DNA of 64,000 nucleotides, taken from NCBI GenBank assembly GCA_035470785.1, contig DATIQN010000006.1:11111-75110 (forward strand), in the 5' to 3' direction. A program made the translations under genes and the position numbers. The notes under the pieces were generated by a model. It saw nothing but the letters and a program-made list of their open reading frames with translations. It ran no database searches and was not told the origin of the DNA. Numbering within the stretch: the stretch's first letter is position 1; each line of letters begins with the position of its first letter. Of this stretch, positions 48,778-57,906 are shown piece after piece. Origin of the DNA: Croceibacterium sp. (GTDB lineage: Bacteria; Pseudomonadota; Alphaproteobacteria; Sphingomonadales; Sphingomonadaceae).

Positions 48778-50897
48778 CAGAAGGCTTGTCCCAGAGCGAC
48801 GTAGACGCCTACTTTTCCATCACCCGGGCCGGGATTGAGCGGTACGCCGACGTCGACACGGACAGGCCCGAAGGCGGTGAAATAGCGCACGCCGACCCCG
48901 GCGCCGACCTTGATCTCGTTGAAGCTTGGGGTCGGCCCGCTTCCAACGGCCCCCGCATCGACGAAGGGTACGATCCCGAGCGCGCCGGCGAGCCAGGAAG
49001 TCTGGATTCGCGCCTCGGCAGACATCTCGACGAGCGACCGTCCACCGGTCGGGTCGCCCTGGTTGTTGCGCGGACCGATCGTCTGGTATCCGAAGCCGCG
49101 AACCGATCCGCCACCGCCCGCATAGAGACGGCGCGAGGGCGCAATCGCCGAGAGCGGCGCCCCGGGAATGCTGGCGACACGCACGCGCGCGGCAAGAACG
49201 ATCTTCTGGCTCGCGGAAAGGTAGTAGCTCGCGTCACCCTGGGCGCGCAGATAGAAGCTCTGCACCGAATTGGTGCGCGAAGTTTCCGGCGAGAGATGCG
49301 CCGAGACGCGGTAACCCTTGGTCGGGTTGAGCAGATTGTCCGACTTATCGAATTGCGCATAGAGCGGGAACGCACCGATGAAGTAAGTCTGCCGCGGACC
49401 GAAATGACCGCTGGCATCTGCCTGGCGCTCGGCGGTCGCCGTCAATTCGAAGCCGCCCGACCAGCTGAACTTCTTTTGGTACAGCAGTGTGCTGAGGCGT
49501 TCGAAGCTTCCCACCAGCGAAGCGGTGCGCGCGTCGTAAGCAGCGTAATCGAGCGTGCTGGCGTAGGCGTCGAGAGTCAGCACCTTGTCGCGCCCGTGGA
49601 AGTTGTTGCGCCGGAAGGTGACTCCGAACAGCTGTTCTTGAGTTCCGGCAATGGCCCGAACCTTCAGCGCGCCTTCGGGCGGGAACAGGTTACGGTGCTC
49701 CCAGCTGCCTTCCGCCTTGAACCCTTCGCCGGTGCCGTAGCCGAGCGAACCAATGATTGTACGCAGCTTGGCCTTGGTCATCTCGACCGCGATGTCGACC
49801 GTGCCCGGTTCCCCATTGGCTGGAGGCGTGACCTCGACCGGCGTCAACTTGCTGGTGGCGACCAGACTGGTCGCCTGAATGGCCTGCCGCAGGTCGAGTT
49901 GCAGGCTGCGCTGATACAGATCGCCGGGGCCGAAGCGAGCGATCTCGGCCAGGTGCTTGCCCGACAGGAAATCGGGCAGGTTGCTGGTGATCTTGCCGAA
50001 GCGGTACTTGCCGCCGGGAGTTACTTTCATCGTCAGGTCGCCCTGCTCGCGGGCGTGGTCGATCAGCAGCGAAGGATCCTGGATCGCCGCGAAGGGATAG
50101 CCACTTTCACCCAGGGCTGTATCGAGATCGGCGCGCTCGGTATCGATCTTGTCCTGTAACAGCGGATCGCCGCTCTGGATTTCGAACGCCGCGCGCAACA
50201 TTGGAAAATCAAGGCCCGCCGCCGCGAGGTCGCCCAGATCAATCGCGCCAACCGTGTATTGCTTGCCGGGGAGGATGTCGAAGCGAACGCTCGGCTCGGT
50301 CGTCTTTGCCTGCCCGTCGTCACCCCCGCTGACATTGCGCATCACCAGCGCGTCGTTATAACCGTAGACCCGCAGCATCCGCTCAAGCAGCGCCTCGTCC
50401 TGGCGGGCTTGCGCCGCCAGGCGCGCCGCGCTGCCGCCGTCGTCATAGTGCTCGATCGTCGAAAGCTGCTTGAAGCGGCTGACGAACTTGTCGCGCTCGA
50501 GGAATTGCGCGGCGGCCGAGGGGAATACCAGCGTCAGCTCGCTCGACAGGCGCACCTCGTCGCCCTTGTCGATGCGGGGAAGCGGCGTCTCGGGCTCGGC
50601 GAACTGGATGTCGGGCTCGGGCGTGAGCGGAGCAAGCTGCGGCAACTGCAGCTGGTCGGGCCACGGCACCGTGACCAGCGGCATGTCGGCGAGCGGCGTG
50701 TCGGGCTGGACTTCGGGCTGAGGGCTTTGCGGCGGTGCTGTGTCGGGCTTCACCCCCTGCTTGGCCCAGTCTTGCGGATTATCGATCGCCGAGTCCGGGA
50801 TCAGGTCTTCGAGCTCAGGAAGCGTGGTGCGGTCCTGGGCGAAGGCCGGCTGGACGAGCACGGAGGAAATCGCCAGCGCGGCGACAATGAGGCGCAA
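48777..50897 (-). CDS. tamA: BamA/TamA family outer membrane protein (TamA)
   Basis: POTRA repeats plus a 16-strand surface-antigen (D15) barrel ending in the beta-signal ...VYVALGQAF. The signal peptide is RLIVAALAISSVLVQPAFA-Q. The start is uncertain: TTG 50897 (chosen), CTG 50909, or ATG 50987, which would overlap bpt by 70 nt. The ORF-track start at 51218 is a 5' extension inside bpt. Confidence 0.85.
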   Translation of the reverse strand: MRLIVAALAISSVLVQPAFAQDRTTLPELEDLIPDSAIDNPQDWAKQGVKPDTAPPQSPQPEVQPDTPLADMPLVTVPWPDQLQLPQLAPLTPEPDIQFAEPETPLPRIDKGDEVRLSSELTLVFPSAAAQFLERDKFVSRFKQLSTIEHYDDGGSAARLAAQARQDEALLERMLRVYGYNDALVMRNVSGGDDGQAKTTEPSVRFDILPGKQYTVGAIDLGDLAAAGLDFPMLRAAFEIQSGDPLLQDKIDTERADLDTALGESGYPFAAIQDPSLLIDHAREQGDLTMKVTPGGKYRFGKITSNLPDFLSGKHLAEIARFGPGDLYQRSLQLDLRQAIQATSLVATSKLTPVEVTPPANGEPGTVDIAVEMTKAKLRTIIGSLGYGTGEGFKAEGSWEHRNLFPPEGALKVRAIAGTQEQLFGVTFRRNNFHGRDKVLTLDAYASTLDYAAYDARTASLVGSFERLSTLLYQKKFSWSGGFELTATAERQADASGHFGPRQTYFIGAFPLYAQFDKSDNLLNPTKGYRVSAHLSPETSRTNSVQSFYLRAQGDASYYLSASQKIVLAARVRVASIPGAPLSAIAPSRRLYAGGGGSVRGFGYQTIGPRNNQGDPTGGRSLVEMSAEARIQTSWLAGALGIVPFVDAGAVGSGPTPSFNEIKVGAGVGVRYFTAFGPVRVDVGVPLNPGPGDGKVGVYVALGQAF

Positions 50898-50916
50898 ACG
50901 GCGGATCAGCGTGTTC

Positions 50917-51768
50917 TCAGCCGATCTTGTACTGAAACTGCCCGCCAGGCGTGCCGTCCTTGCCGCCGCCGTCGACGGCAGGAGCATCTTCACGGCGAGC
51001 AGCGGCAGCCGCCGCAATGAGCCCGGCCTGTTGTTCGTCGCTGAACCGGCGCCAGCCGTCGGGGCCGAGCCGTTCGAGCGGGCGATAGCGGACCTTGTAT
51101 TGCATGCGCTGCGCGCCATCCACCCAGTAGCCGAGGTAGACGTAAGGCAGCCCGGTGTCGTTCGCGCGCTGAATATGGTCGAGGATGATGTAGTTCCCAA
51201 GCCCAGTGCGCGCCTCATGTTCCGGGTCGTAGAAGCTGTAGATCATCGACAACCCGTCTCCCTGGCGGTCGGTCAGGCACGCGCCGACCAAGCGGCCGGG
51301 CCTCCCATCCTCCGAGGGCTCCCTATACTCGATGACAAAGCTGGAGACCGACGTATGTTCCACCATGTCGGCGTAATCGATTTCGTCCATCGCCGCCATG
51401 CCGCCGCCCGGGTGGCGATGCGACAGGTAGCGCTGAAGCAGCTCGAACTGTTCGGTGGTCGCCCACGGGCGGCATTCGCTGGTGACGAGGTCGCCGTTGC
51501 GCTTGTTGTTGCGCCGTTGCGCCGACGACGGCGTGAACTCCGTAGCCACCACGCGAACCGACACGCAGGCGCGGCAGTCGAGGCAGCTCGGGCGATAGGC
51601 GACGGTCTGGCTGCGACGGAAACCGATCCGGCCGAGCGCGTCGTTGAGCTCCTCCGCGTGCGGGCCTTTTAGTTCGGTGAATACCTTCCGCTCGATCCGG
51701 CCCGGCAGATAGGGGCACGGCGCGGGGCTCGTCACGAAAAAGCGGGGAAACCGAATGGGGGCCGTCAC
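50917..51768 (-). CDS. bpt: arginyl/leucyl-tRNA--protein transferase (bacterial Ate/Bpt family)
   Basis: 283 aa with an N-terminal Cys-rich ATE_N region (CPYLPGR...[15 protein letters not shown]) and an ATE_C domain (YVYLGYW). Confidence 0.88.
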   Translation of the reverse strand: MTAPIRFPRFFVTSPAPCPYLPGRIERKVFTELKGPHAEELNDALGRIGFRRSQTVAYRPSCLDCRACVSVRVVATEFTPSSAQRRNNKRNGDLVTSECRPWATTEQFELLQRYLSHRHPGGGMAAMDEIDYADMVEHTSVSSFVIEYREPSEDGRPGRLVGACLTDRQGDGLSMIYSFYDPEHEARTGLGNYIILDHIQRANDTGLPYVYLGYWVDGAQRMQYKVRYRPLERLGPDGWRRFSDEQQAGLIAAAAAARREDAPAVDGGGKDGTPGGQFQYKIG

Positions 51769-51900
51769 GGCGTTGGCGGTCCTCTCCTGAAGCCAATCGA
51801 ATGCTCTACGAGCGAAGCCGGGGTATGCTCCCGGGACTCGCCTGTTAGAAGAGTCTTAACCCTAATTTCCCCCGGATGCAGGGTTAATTTGCGCAGGGCA

Positions 51901-51924
51901 GAGGGGAAAAGGGCGAATCGCCCC
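51901..51924 (-). terminator. short rho-independent terminator candidate after ilvA
   Basis: The minus strand reads GGGGCG-ATT-CGCCC followed by TTTTCCCC. It starts 9 nt after the ilvA stop (51933-51935). Confidence 0.45.
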
Positions 51925-51932
51925 GTTTTCGG

Positions 51933-53168
51933 TCAGTTGAGCTCGACCTGGCTAACCGAATAGCCCTTGGCCCGTAGCGCCGCGATCAGCTTCTCGAGCT
52001 GCTGCCGGTCGCGCGCCTCGCACTCGATGTCGGTGACCAGGCCTTTGGCGGGCAGGTCGGTAAAGATCCGCTGGTGGTAGATCTCAAGGATGTTGACACT
52101 ATGCGCATCAAATTCATGCATGACTTTGTAGAGGGCGCCGGGACGGTCCTGCAGCGTGATTCGCAAGCGCGCGAGGCGGCCCACTCGCGCAAGGTCGCGA
52201 AGCAGAACGTTGGCGAGCAAGCGGGTGTCGATGTTGCCACCGCAGAGCACCAGGCCGACTTTCTTGCCGGCGAACAGTTCCTTGTACGCCATGACGGCGG
52301 CGAGCCCGGCGGCGCCGGCGCCTTCGACGACGGTCTTCTCGATCTGCAGCAGCAGTGACACCGCCGTCTCGAGGTCGGCCTCGCTCACCAGCACGATGTC
52401 GTCGACCAGCCGCTCGATAATTCGGGAGGTGAACTCGCCCGGTTCTTTGACCGCGATGCCTTCGGCGAGCGTGTCGCCGCCGCAGGGCAGGTGCTCGCCT
52501 TTGATCTTGTCGTACATCGAGGGGTACAGCTGCGCCTGGACGCCGATCACCTCGATCTTCGGATTGAGCGCCTTGGCGACCGTCGCCATGCCAGAGATCA
52601 GTCCGCCGCCGCCGATCGGCACGACCAGCGTCTCGAGCTCGGGCGCATCTTCGAGCATCTCGAGCGCCACGGTACCCTGTCCCGCAGCTACGTCGGGATC
52701 GTCGAACGGATGGACAAAGGTCAGCCCGAGCTGCTTTTCCATGCTCCGGGCGATAGCGTAGGCCTCGTCGTAAGTTTCGCCTTCGAGCAAGACTTTGCCT
52801 CCGACCTGCTCGGTCTGCATGACCTTCACCATTGGCGTGGTCTTGGGCATGACGATGGTGACCGGCACCCCGAGGCGGGTTCCGTGATAGCTGAGGCCTT
52901 GCGAATGGTTTCCGGCCGAGGCTGCGATCACGCCGCGCTTCCTCTGCGTCTCGTCCATCAGCAGCAGGGCATTGAGCGCGCCGCGTTCCTTGTAGGCGGC
53001 GGTGAACTGGTGGTTCTCGAACTTGAGCCAGATCTCGGCGCCGGTGATCCGCGACAGGGTCTTGGAATAGGCAGTCGGCGTGCGCACGACCGCGCCCTCG
53101 ATGCGGCGCGCGGCGGCGCGCACGTCCTCGATGGTCAGTTGCTGCTCGGCGGTGAGGCTGTCGTCCAT
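51933..53168 (-). CDS. ilvA: threonine ammonia-lyase (threonine dehydratase, single ACT-like domain type)
   Basis: Start taken at ATG 53168 (MDDSLTAEQQLTIEDVRAAARRI...). The PLP-lysine context is FENHQFTAAYKERGA, and the Gly-rich loop GGGGLISG and a C-terminal ACT-like domain are present. The 735-aa ORF-track version is a 5' extension antisense to the next gene. Confidence 0.92.
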   Translation of the reverse strand: MDDSLTAEQQLTIEDVRAAARRIEGAVVRTPTAYSKTLSRITGAEIWLKFENHQFTAAYKERGALNALLLMDETQRKRGVIAASAGNHSQGLSYHGTRLGVPVTIVMPKTTPMVKVMQTEQVGGKVLLEGETYDEAYAIARSMEKQLGLTFVHPFDDPDVAAGQGTVALEMLEDAPELETLVVPIGGGGLISGMATVAKALNPKIEVIGVQAQLYPSMYDKIKGEHLPCGGDTLAEGIAVKEPGEFTSRIIERLVDDIVLVSEADLETAVSLLLQIEKTVVEGAGAAGLAAVMAYKELFAGKKVGLVLCGGNIDTRLLANVLLRDLARVGRLARLRITLQDRPGALYKVMHEFDAHSVNILEIYHQRIFTDLPAKGLVTDIECEARDRQQLEKLIAALRAKGYSVSQVELN

Positions 53169-53261
53169 AGGGGCGCTGCGGTAACGCAATTCGCGCCTCC
53201 TGCAAATCGCCGACACGCACAACGATTGCTTTGCCTGAGGCAAGGCGGCAGGAGGCCGGCC

Positions 53262-54164
53262 ATGAGCAGTTCGCAGCGCATCGCCTTCCTCGGCCTCGGC
53301 GTGATGGGCGCGCCGATGGCCGGCCACCTCGCCCGTGCCGGGCACAAGGTCACCGCTTACAACCGCACCGCCTCGCGCGCCGAGGCGTGGCTCGCCAGGC
53401 ATCGCAGCGAAGGGCTCGAGGTCACGACCGCCACCACGCCGGCCGAGGCCGCGGCCGGACAGGACGTGGTGATAACCTGCGTCGGAAATGACGACGACCT
53501 GGCTCAGGTGGTGCTCGGTAGCGCCGGCGCGCTCGCGGCCATGCTCAAAGGCGCGCTGTTCATCGATCACACGACTGTCTCTCCGGCCATCGCCCGCCGC
53601 ATCGCCGAGGCGGCCGCGACACGCGGCATCGATGCGCTCGACGCTCCCGTCTCGGGCGGCCAGGCCGGCGCCGAGAACGGCAAGCTGGCCGTGATGTGCG
53701 GCGGCTCGGCGCGCACGATGGAGCGCGCCCGGCCGGTAATGCAGGCCTATGGCGCGCGCATCGTCCATGTCGGCGGGGCCGGCGCGGGCCAGGCGACCAA
53801 GGCGGTCAACCAGATCTGCATCGCCGGGACCCTCGCCGGACTGTCCGAGGGTGTCCGCTTCGCGCAGGCCGCCGGGCTCGACATGGGCAAGGTGCTCGAG
53901 GCGATTTCGGGCGGGGCGGCGCAAAGCTGGCAGATGGAAAGCCGCTGGAAGACCATGGACGCCGGCGAATTCGATTTCGGCTTCGCCATCGACTGGATGC
54001 GCAAGGATCTCGCGATAGCGCTGGAGGAGGCGCGCAAGAACGGGGTCGACTTGCCGGTTACCGCCCTCGTCGACGGCTATTATGCCGAGGTGCAGGCGCA
54101 AGGCAGCGGGCGGCAGGACACCAGCGCGCTGATCCGGCACTTGCCTGAAAGTACCGCCGAGTGA
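53262..54164 (+). CDS. NAD(P)-dependent 3-hydroxyisobutyrate dehydrogenase-family oxidoreductase
   Basis: Start taken at ATG 53262, preceded by GGAGG (53251-53255). The dinucleotide fold is IAFLGLGVMGAPMAGHL, with HIBADH-type central and C-terminal domains (GGAGAGQATKAVNQ). Confidence 0.88.
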   Translation: MSSSQRIAFLGLGVMGAPMAGHLARAGHKVTAYNRTASRAEAWLARHRSEGLEVTTATTPAEAAAGQDVVITCVGNDDDLAQVVLGSAGALAAMLKGALFIDHTTVSPAIARRIAEAAATRGIDALDAPVSGGQAGAENGKLAVMCGGSARTMERARPVMQAYGARIVHVGGAGAGQATKAVNQICIAGTLAGLSEGVRFAQAAGLDMGKVLEAISGGAAQSWQMESRWKTMDAGEFDFGFAIDWMRKDLAIALEEARKNGVDLPVTALVDGYYAEVQAQGSGRQDTSALIRHLPESTAE

Positions 54165-55837
54165 TCCGCCACGCGATCACGGCGGCGGCCTTGTTGCTAC
54201 CCGCCCCTGTTCTCGCCGACACGCTGATCGACAACGTCAACGGCATCTCGGTCGACAGCGCGGATCACGTCACGCAATTCGCCGCGATGGTGATCGACGA
54301 TCATGGGCGCGTCGCCCAGATTCTGTCGCGCTTCGACAAGGTGCCGCGGACCGCATACCATATCGACGGCAAGGGCCGAACGCTCGTGCCCGGCATGATC
54401 GACGCACACCTGCACATGATGGAACTCGGGCTGGGCCTGCTCACGCTCGATCTCTCGGGCACCAAATCGCTCGAGGAAGCGCAAGCGAAGATCGCCGATT
54501 ACGCCAAGGCGCATCCCGACGCGCCGTGGATCATCGGGCGCGGCTGGAACCAGGAGACCTGGAAGCTCGGGCGCTTTCCGACCGCCGCCGAAATCGACGC
54601 CGTCGTGTCCGACCGGCCCGTCTGGCTCGAGCGCGTCGACGGTCATGCGGGCTGGGCCAATTCGCTCGCGCTCGCCGCCGGCGGGGTTACCGCCAGGACC
54701 GTCAACCCGGCGGGCGGGCGAATCGAACGCCTCGCCGGCACCCAGAAGCCCGCCGGCGTGCTGGTCGACAACGCGCAGACGCTCATCGACGACAAAGTCC
54801 CGCCGCCGCGACCGCAGGACCGCGATCTGGCGCTTTTCGAAGCCCAGAAGCTGCTTGAGCGCAACGGCGTCACCGCCGCCGGCGACATGGATTGCACGAT
54901 CGAGAACTGGATGACCTATCGCCGCGCGGGCGACACCGGCCGGCTGCAGGTCCGCCTGATGAGCTATGCCGCCAGCGTGGCCGACATGTTGCTGATCGGC
55001 GGCACCGGGCCGACGCCATGGCTCTATGACGACCGGCTGCGCCTCACTGGACTTGGCGAGCTCTACTTCGACGGCGCGCTCGGCAGCCGCGGGGCCTTAC
55101 TCAAGGCCCCCTATGCCGACGATCCGAAGAACAGCGGCAACCAGCGGCTCACCGATGCTCAGTTGCGCAACATGATGAGCCGCGCGTCGATGGACGGCTT
55201 CCAGGTTGCCATCCACGCGATCGGCGATGCCGCCAATGCCGAGGTGCTTGGCGCCATCGACGAACTGTCGAAGGACTTCACCGGCGATCGTCGCTGGCGC
55301 ATCGAGCACGCGCAGATCGTCGATCCGGCGGACCTTCCCCGCTTCGCGCAGCACGGCATCGTCGCCTCGATGCAGCCGGTCCACCAGACCTCCGACCGCC
55401 TGATGGCAGAGGCGCGGCTGGGTCCCGACCGCCTCACCGGCGCTTATGCTTGGCGTTCGATGCTGGCGAACGGCGTGCCGTTGGCGTTCGGCTCGGACTC
55501 GCCCGTCGAAGCGCCCGAGCCCTTCGTCGGCATCGCCGTGGCGGTGAGCCGGCAGGACATCGACCAGCAGCCGCCGGGCGGTTGGCAACCGCAACAGACG
55601 ATAACGCGCGAGCAAGCCCTCGCGGCCTATACCGCCGGGGCCGCCTACGCGACCTTTGCCGACGGCCGGTTCGGCGAACTCAAGGCGGGGGAGCGGGCCG
55701 ATTTCCTGCTCATCGACCGCGACCCGCTGGTTTCGGCGCCCGCCGATATCCGCAAGACCAAGGTGCTCGAAACATGGATCGGCGGGCAAAAGGTCTATGC
55801 CGCCGGCGATGCCGAAAGCGGCACGGCGCGCCGCTGA
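54161..55837 (+). CDS. exported amidohydrolase family protein (YtcJ-like, amidohydrolase 3)
   Basis: The GTG start makes a GTGA overlap with the upstream stop. The signal peptide is MIRHAITAAALLLPAPVLA-D. The metal motif DAHLHM and the motifs HAIGD and GSDSPVE are present. Confidence 0.85.
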   Translation: MIRHAITAAALLLPAPVLADTLIDNVNGISVDSADHVTQFAAMVIDDHGRVAQILSRFDKVPRTAYHIDGKGRTLVPGMIDAHLHMMELGLGLLTLDLSGTKSLEEAQAKIADYAKAHPDAPWIIGRGWNQETWKLGRFPTAAEIDAVVSDRPVWLERVDGHAGWANSLALAAGGVTARTVNPAGGRIERLAGTQKPAGVLVDNAQTLIDDKVPPPRPQDRDLALFEAQKLLERNGVTAAGDMDCTIENWMTYRRAGDTGRLQVRLMSYAASVADMLLIGGTGPTPWLYDDRLRLTGLGELYFDGALGSRGALLKAPYADDPKNSGNQRLTDAQLRNMMSRASMDGFQVAIHAIGDAANAEVLGAIDELSKDFTGDRRWRIEHAQIVDPADLPRFAQHGIVASMQPVHQTSDRLMAEARLGPDRLTGAYAWRSMLANGVPLAFGSDSPVEAPEPFVGIAVAVSRQDIDQQPPGGWQPQQTITREQALAAYTAGAAYATFADGRFGELKAGERADFLLIDRDPLVSAPADIRKTKVLETWIGGQKVYAAGDAESGTARR

Positions 55838-55838
55838 C

Positions 55839-56663
55839 CTATTCGGCCGCTTGCTCGGCCGGCACATCCTCGGAAGTTCCGCCGGCCAGAGCCTTGGCGG
55901 CCGCTCGCTCTGCGCGCTTCTCGCCGAAACGCATGACCAACAGCGTGCCTTCGAACAGGACCAGCAAGGGGATTGCCAGCAGCAGCATCGAGACGACGTC
56001 GGGCGGCGTGGCCACCGCCGCGACGACGAAATTGGCCACGATGACATAGCGCCGCGAGGCAACCAGCTGCGCACGCGTTACCAGCCCGGCACGCTGGAGC
56101 AGCAGCAGCAGCACCGGCATTAGGAAGGCGGCGCCGAAACAGAAGATGAAGCGCATGACGAGGTCGAGGTAATCGCCCATCGCCGGCAGCGCCTCCTGCT
56201 GCAGGCCGCTCGAAATGCCCTGGAAGCTCAGGAACCATTTGAACGCCGTCGGCATCACGATGAAGTATGCCAGGCTCGCGCCCATCGCGAAAAGGATCGG
56301 CGTGGCGAACAGGAACGGCAGGAAGGCTTTCTTCTCGCGCGCGTAGAGCCCGGGCGCGACGAACGCCCACAGCTGGTTGGCAATAACCGGGAAGGCGACG
56401 AAGAACGCCGCGAACATCGCCACCTTGATGTTCACGAAAAACGCTTCGTAGAGCTTGGTGTAGATCAGCTTGCCTTCACCGTGCGGGAAGGCCGCGGCCA
56501 GCGGCCGGACCAGGATCGCGAATATATCGTTGGCAAAATAGAGGCACACGGCGAAGGCCACACCGAGCGCCAGAAACGCGCGAACCAGCCGCCGGCGTAG
56601 CTCGATCAGGTGGTCGAGCAAAGGCGCCTGGGTCTCGTCGATGTCGCGGATGTTGAACGCCAT
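55839..56663 (-). CDS. tatC: twin-arginine translocase subunit TatC
   Basis: 274 aa with six TM segments and a typical N-terminus (PLLDHLIELRRRL). Confidence 0.95.
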   Translation of the reverse strand: MAFNIRDIDETQAPLLDHLIELRRRLVRAFLALGVAFAVCLYFANDIFAILVRPLAAAFPHGEGKLIYTKLYEAFFVNIKVAMFAAFFVAFPVIANQLWAFVAPGLYAREKKAFLPFLFATPILFAMGASLAYFIVMPTAFKWFLSFQGISSGLQQEALPAMGDYLDLVMRFIFCFGAAFLMPVLLLLLQRAGLVTRAQLVASRRYVIVANFVVAAVATPPDVVSMLLLAIPLLVLFEGTLLVMRFGEKRAERAAAKALAGGTSEDVPAEQAAE

Positions 56664-56670
56664 CGCGCGC

Positions 56671-57045
56671 CTACTTCCGCTTGCCGAACGGCAGTTGCGG
56701 CTCTTCGGCCGCGGGCGCCGGAGTCACCGCCTCTGCCGCGCCGGTTTCGGGCGCAACGGCGGGCTGCGAAGGATAGGCGCCGGTTGGCTCCATCTCGCGC
56801 GGCGCGTCAGGCGAATGTTCGCGCATGATCTTCTCGTTCTGCGCGGCCCACTTCTGCTCCATCTCCTCCATCTCGGCCTCGCGGATCATCGCTTCAAGGC
56901 CGGACCGGAAATGGTTCGAGACGCGCCGTATCCGCGCGATCCAGCGCCCCGCCGTGCGCAAGGCCAGCGGCATGTCCTTGGGGCCGATAACGACCACCGC
57001 GACTACTATGATGACCAGGAGCTCTCCCCAGTCGAGACCCAACAT
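56671..57045 (-). CDS. tatB: twin-arginine translocase subunit TatB
   Basis: 124 aa. The N-terminal TM segment plus amphipathic helix (MLGLDWGELLVIIVVAVVVIGPKDMP) fits TatB, and it sits between tatA and tatC. Confidence 0.9.
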   Translation of the reverse strand: MLGLDWGELLVIIVVAVVVIGPKDMPLALRTAGRWIARIRRVSNHFRSGLEAMIREAEMEEMEQKWAAQNEKIMREHSPDAPREMEPTGAYPSQPAVAPETGAAEAVTPAPAAEEPQLPFGKRK

Positions 57046-57062
57046 CTGCCTGCTCGTACCTG

Positions 57063-57269
57063 TTAGAGGGTGCTGTCGTGCGCCGAATTCGACTCGGCGT
57101 CGGCTTCGAGCGCGGGAATCGGCTGTCCGGTTTCGTCTTCAACCAAGTTTCCGCGAAACCTTTTCACACCCTTGCCGAAATCGCCCATCGCTTCCGAGAC
57201 TCGGCCGCGGCCGAACAGCGCCAGCAAGACCAGCACGATGATCAGGATCTGAAACGGTCCGACGGTCAC
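57063..57269 (-). CDS. tatA: twin-arginine translocase subunit TatA
   Basis: Start taken at GTG 57269, giving a 68-aa protein (M)TVGPFQILIIVLVLLALFGRGRVSEAMGDFGKGVKRF, the TatA hallmark FG + amphipathic helix. The ORF-track start at 57380 overlaps scpB. Confidence 0.85.
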   Translation of the reverse strand: MTVGPFQILIIVLVLLALFGRGRVSEAMGDFGKGVKRFRGNLVEDETGQPIPALEADAESNSAHDSTL

Positions 57270-57300
57270 GCTGCCAACTTTCGAAAGCCTGGCGCCCAAC

Positions 57301-57906
57301 CTAGGCGCTTTCCTCCGGGTTTTCCAGCGCAGCCGGCTCCGCTTCGTCTTCGGGCCCTGCCAAGGCGTCGATTGCCGCATCGACCGGGTCGAGCAGGCCC
57401 GCGGCCTTCAACTCGTCAATTCCGGGCAGGTCGCGACGACTTTCGAGCCCGAAATGGCTGAGAAATTCGGGCGTTGTCGCGTAGATGACCGGCCGACCGG
57501 GCACCTCGCGGCGGCCGGCCACGCGCACCCAGCCAGCCTCCATCAGCACGTCGAGCGTGCCCACGCTCGTCTGCACGCCGCGAATGGCCTCAATTTCGGC
57601 GCGGCTGACCGGCTCGTGATAGGCGACGATCGCCAGCACCTCGGTCGCCGCGCGGCTGAGCTTGCGGGCCTGTTCGCGTTCGCGGCGCAGCAGGTGGGCA
57701 AGGTCGGGCGCGGTCTGGAACTGCCAGCGGCGCCCGCGCTCGACCAGGCGCACGCCGCGCTCGCGGTAATGGTCCTCGAGCTCGCGCAGCGCCTCGCGCA
57801 CGTCGGCCCCGCCAAGTTGCGCCGAAAGCGTTTCGGCGGTCATCGGCTCTTCGGCCGCGAACAAAGCCGCCTCGACCCCGCGCACCAATTCGTCGGGCCG
57901 GCTCAT
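57301..57906 (-). CDS. scpB: segregation and condensation protein B
   Basis: 201 aa with tandem winged-helix ScpB domains (EAALFAAEEPM..., AATEVLAIVAYHEPVSRAEIEAIRGV). There is an ATGA overlap with scpA. Confidence 0.93.
   Translation of the reverse strand: MSRPDELVRGVEAALFAAEEPMTAETLSAQLGGADVREALRELEDHYRERGVRLVERGRRWQFQTAPDLAHLLRREREQARKLSRAATEVLAIVAYHEPVSRAEIEAIRGVQTSVGTLDVLMEAGWVRVAGRREVPGRPVIYATTPEFLSHFGLESRRDLPGIDELKAAGLLDPVDAAIDALAGPEDEAEPAALENPEESA

Noticed and set aside
51933-54140. Very long 5'-extended ORF-track versions of real genes: ilvA 735 aa, S9 peptidase 859 aa (30179), ccmB 457 aa (34667), rsmH 436 aa, mraY 413 aa, murE 531 aa, ftsQ 392 aa, tamA 813 aa, cysK-like 419 aa
   Set aside because: The homologous N-termini begin at internal ATG or GTG codons that coincide with the stop codons of the upstream genes or with SD motifs. 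The extensions overlap neighbouring genes and are Arg/Pro-rich nonsense. I trimmed the starts accordingly.
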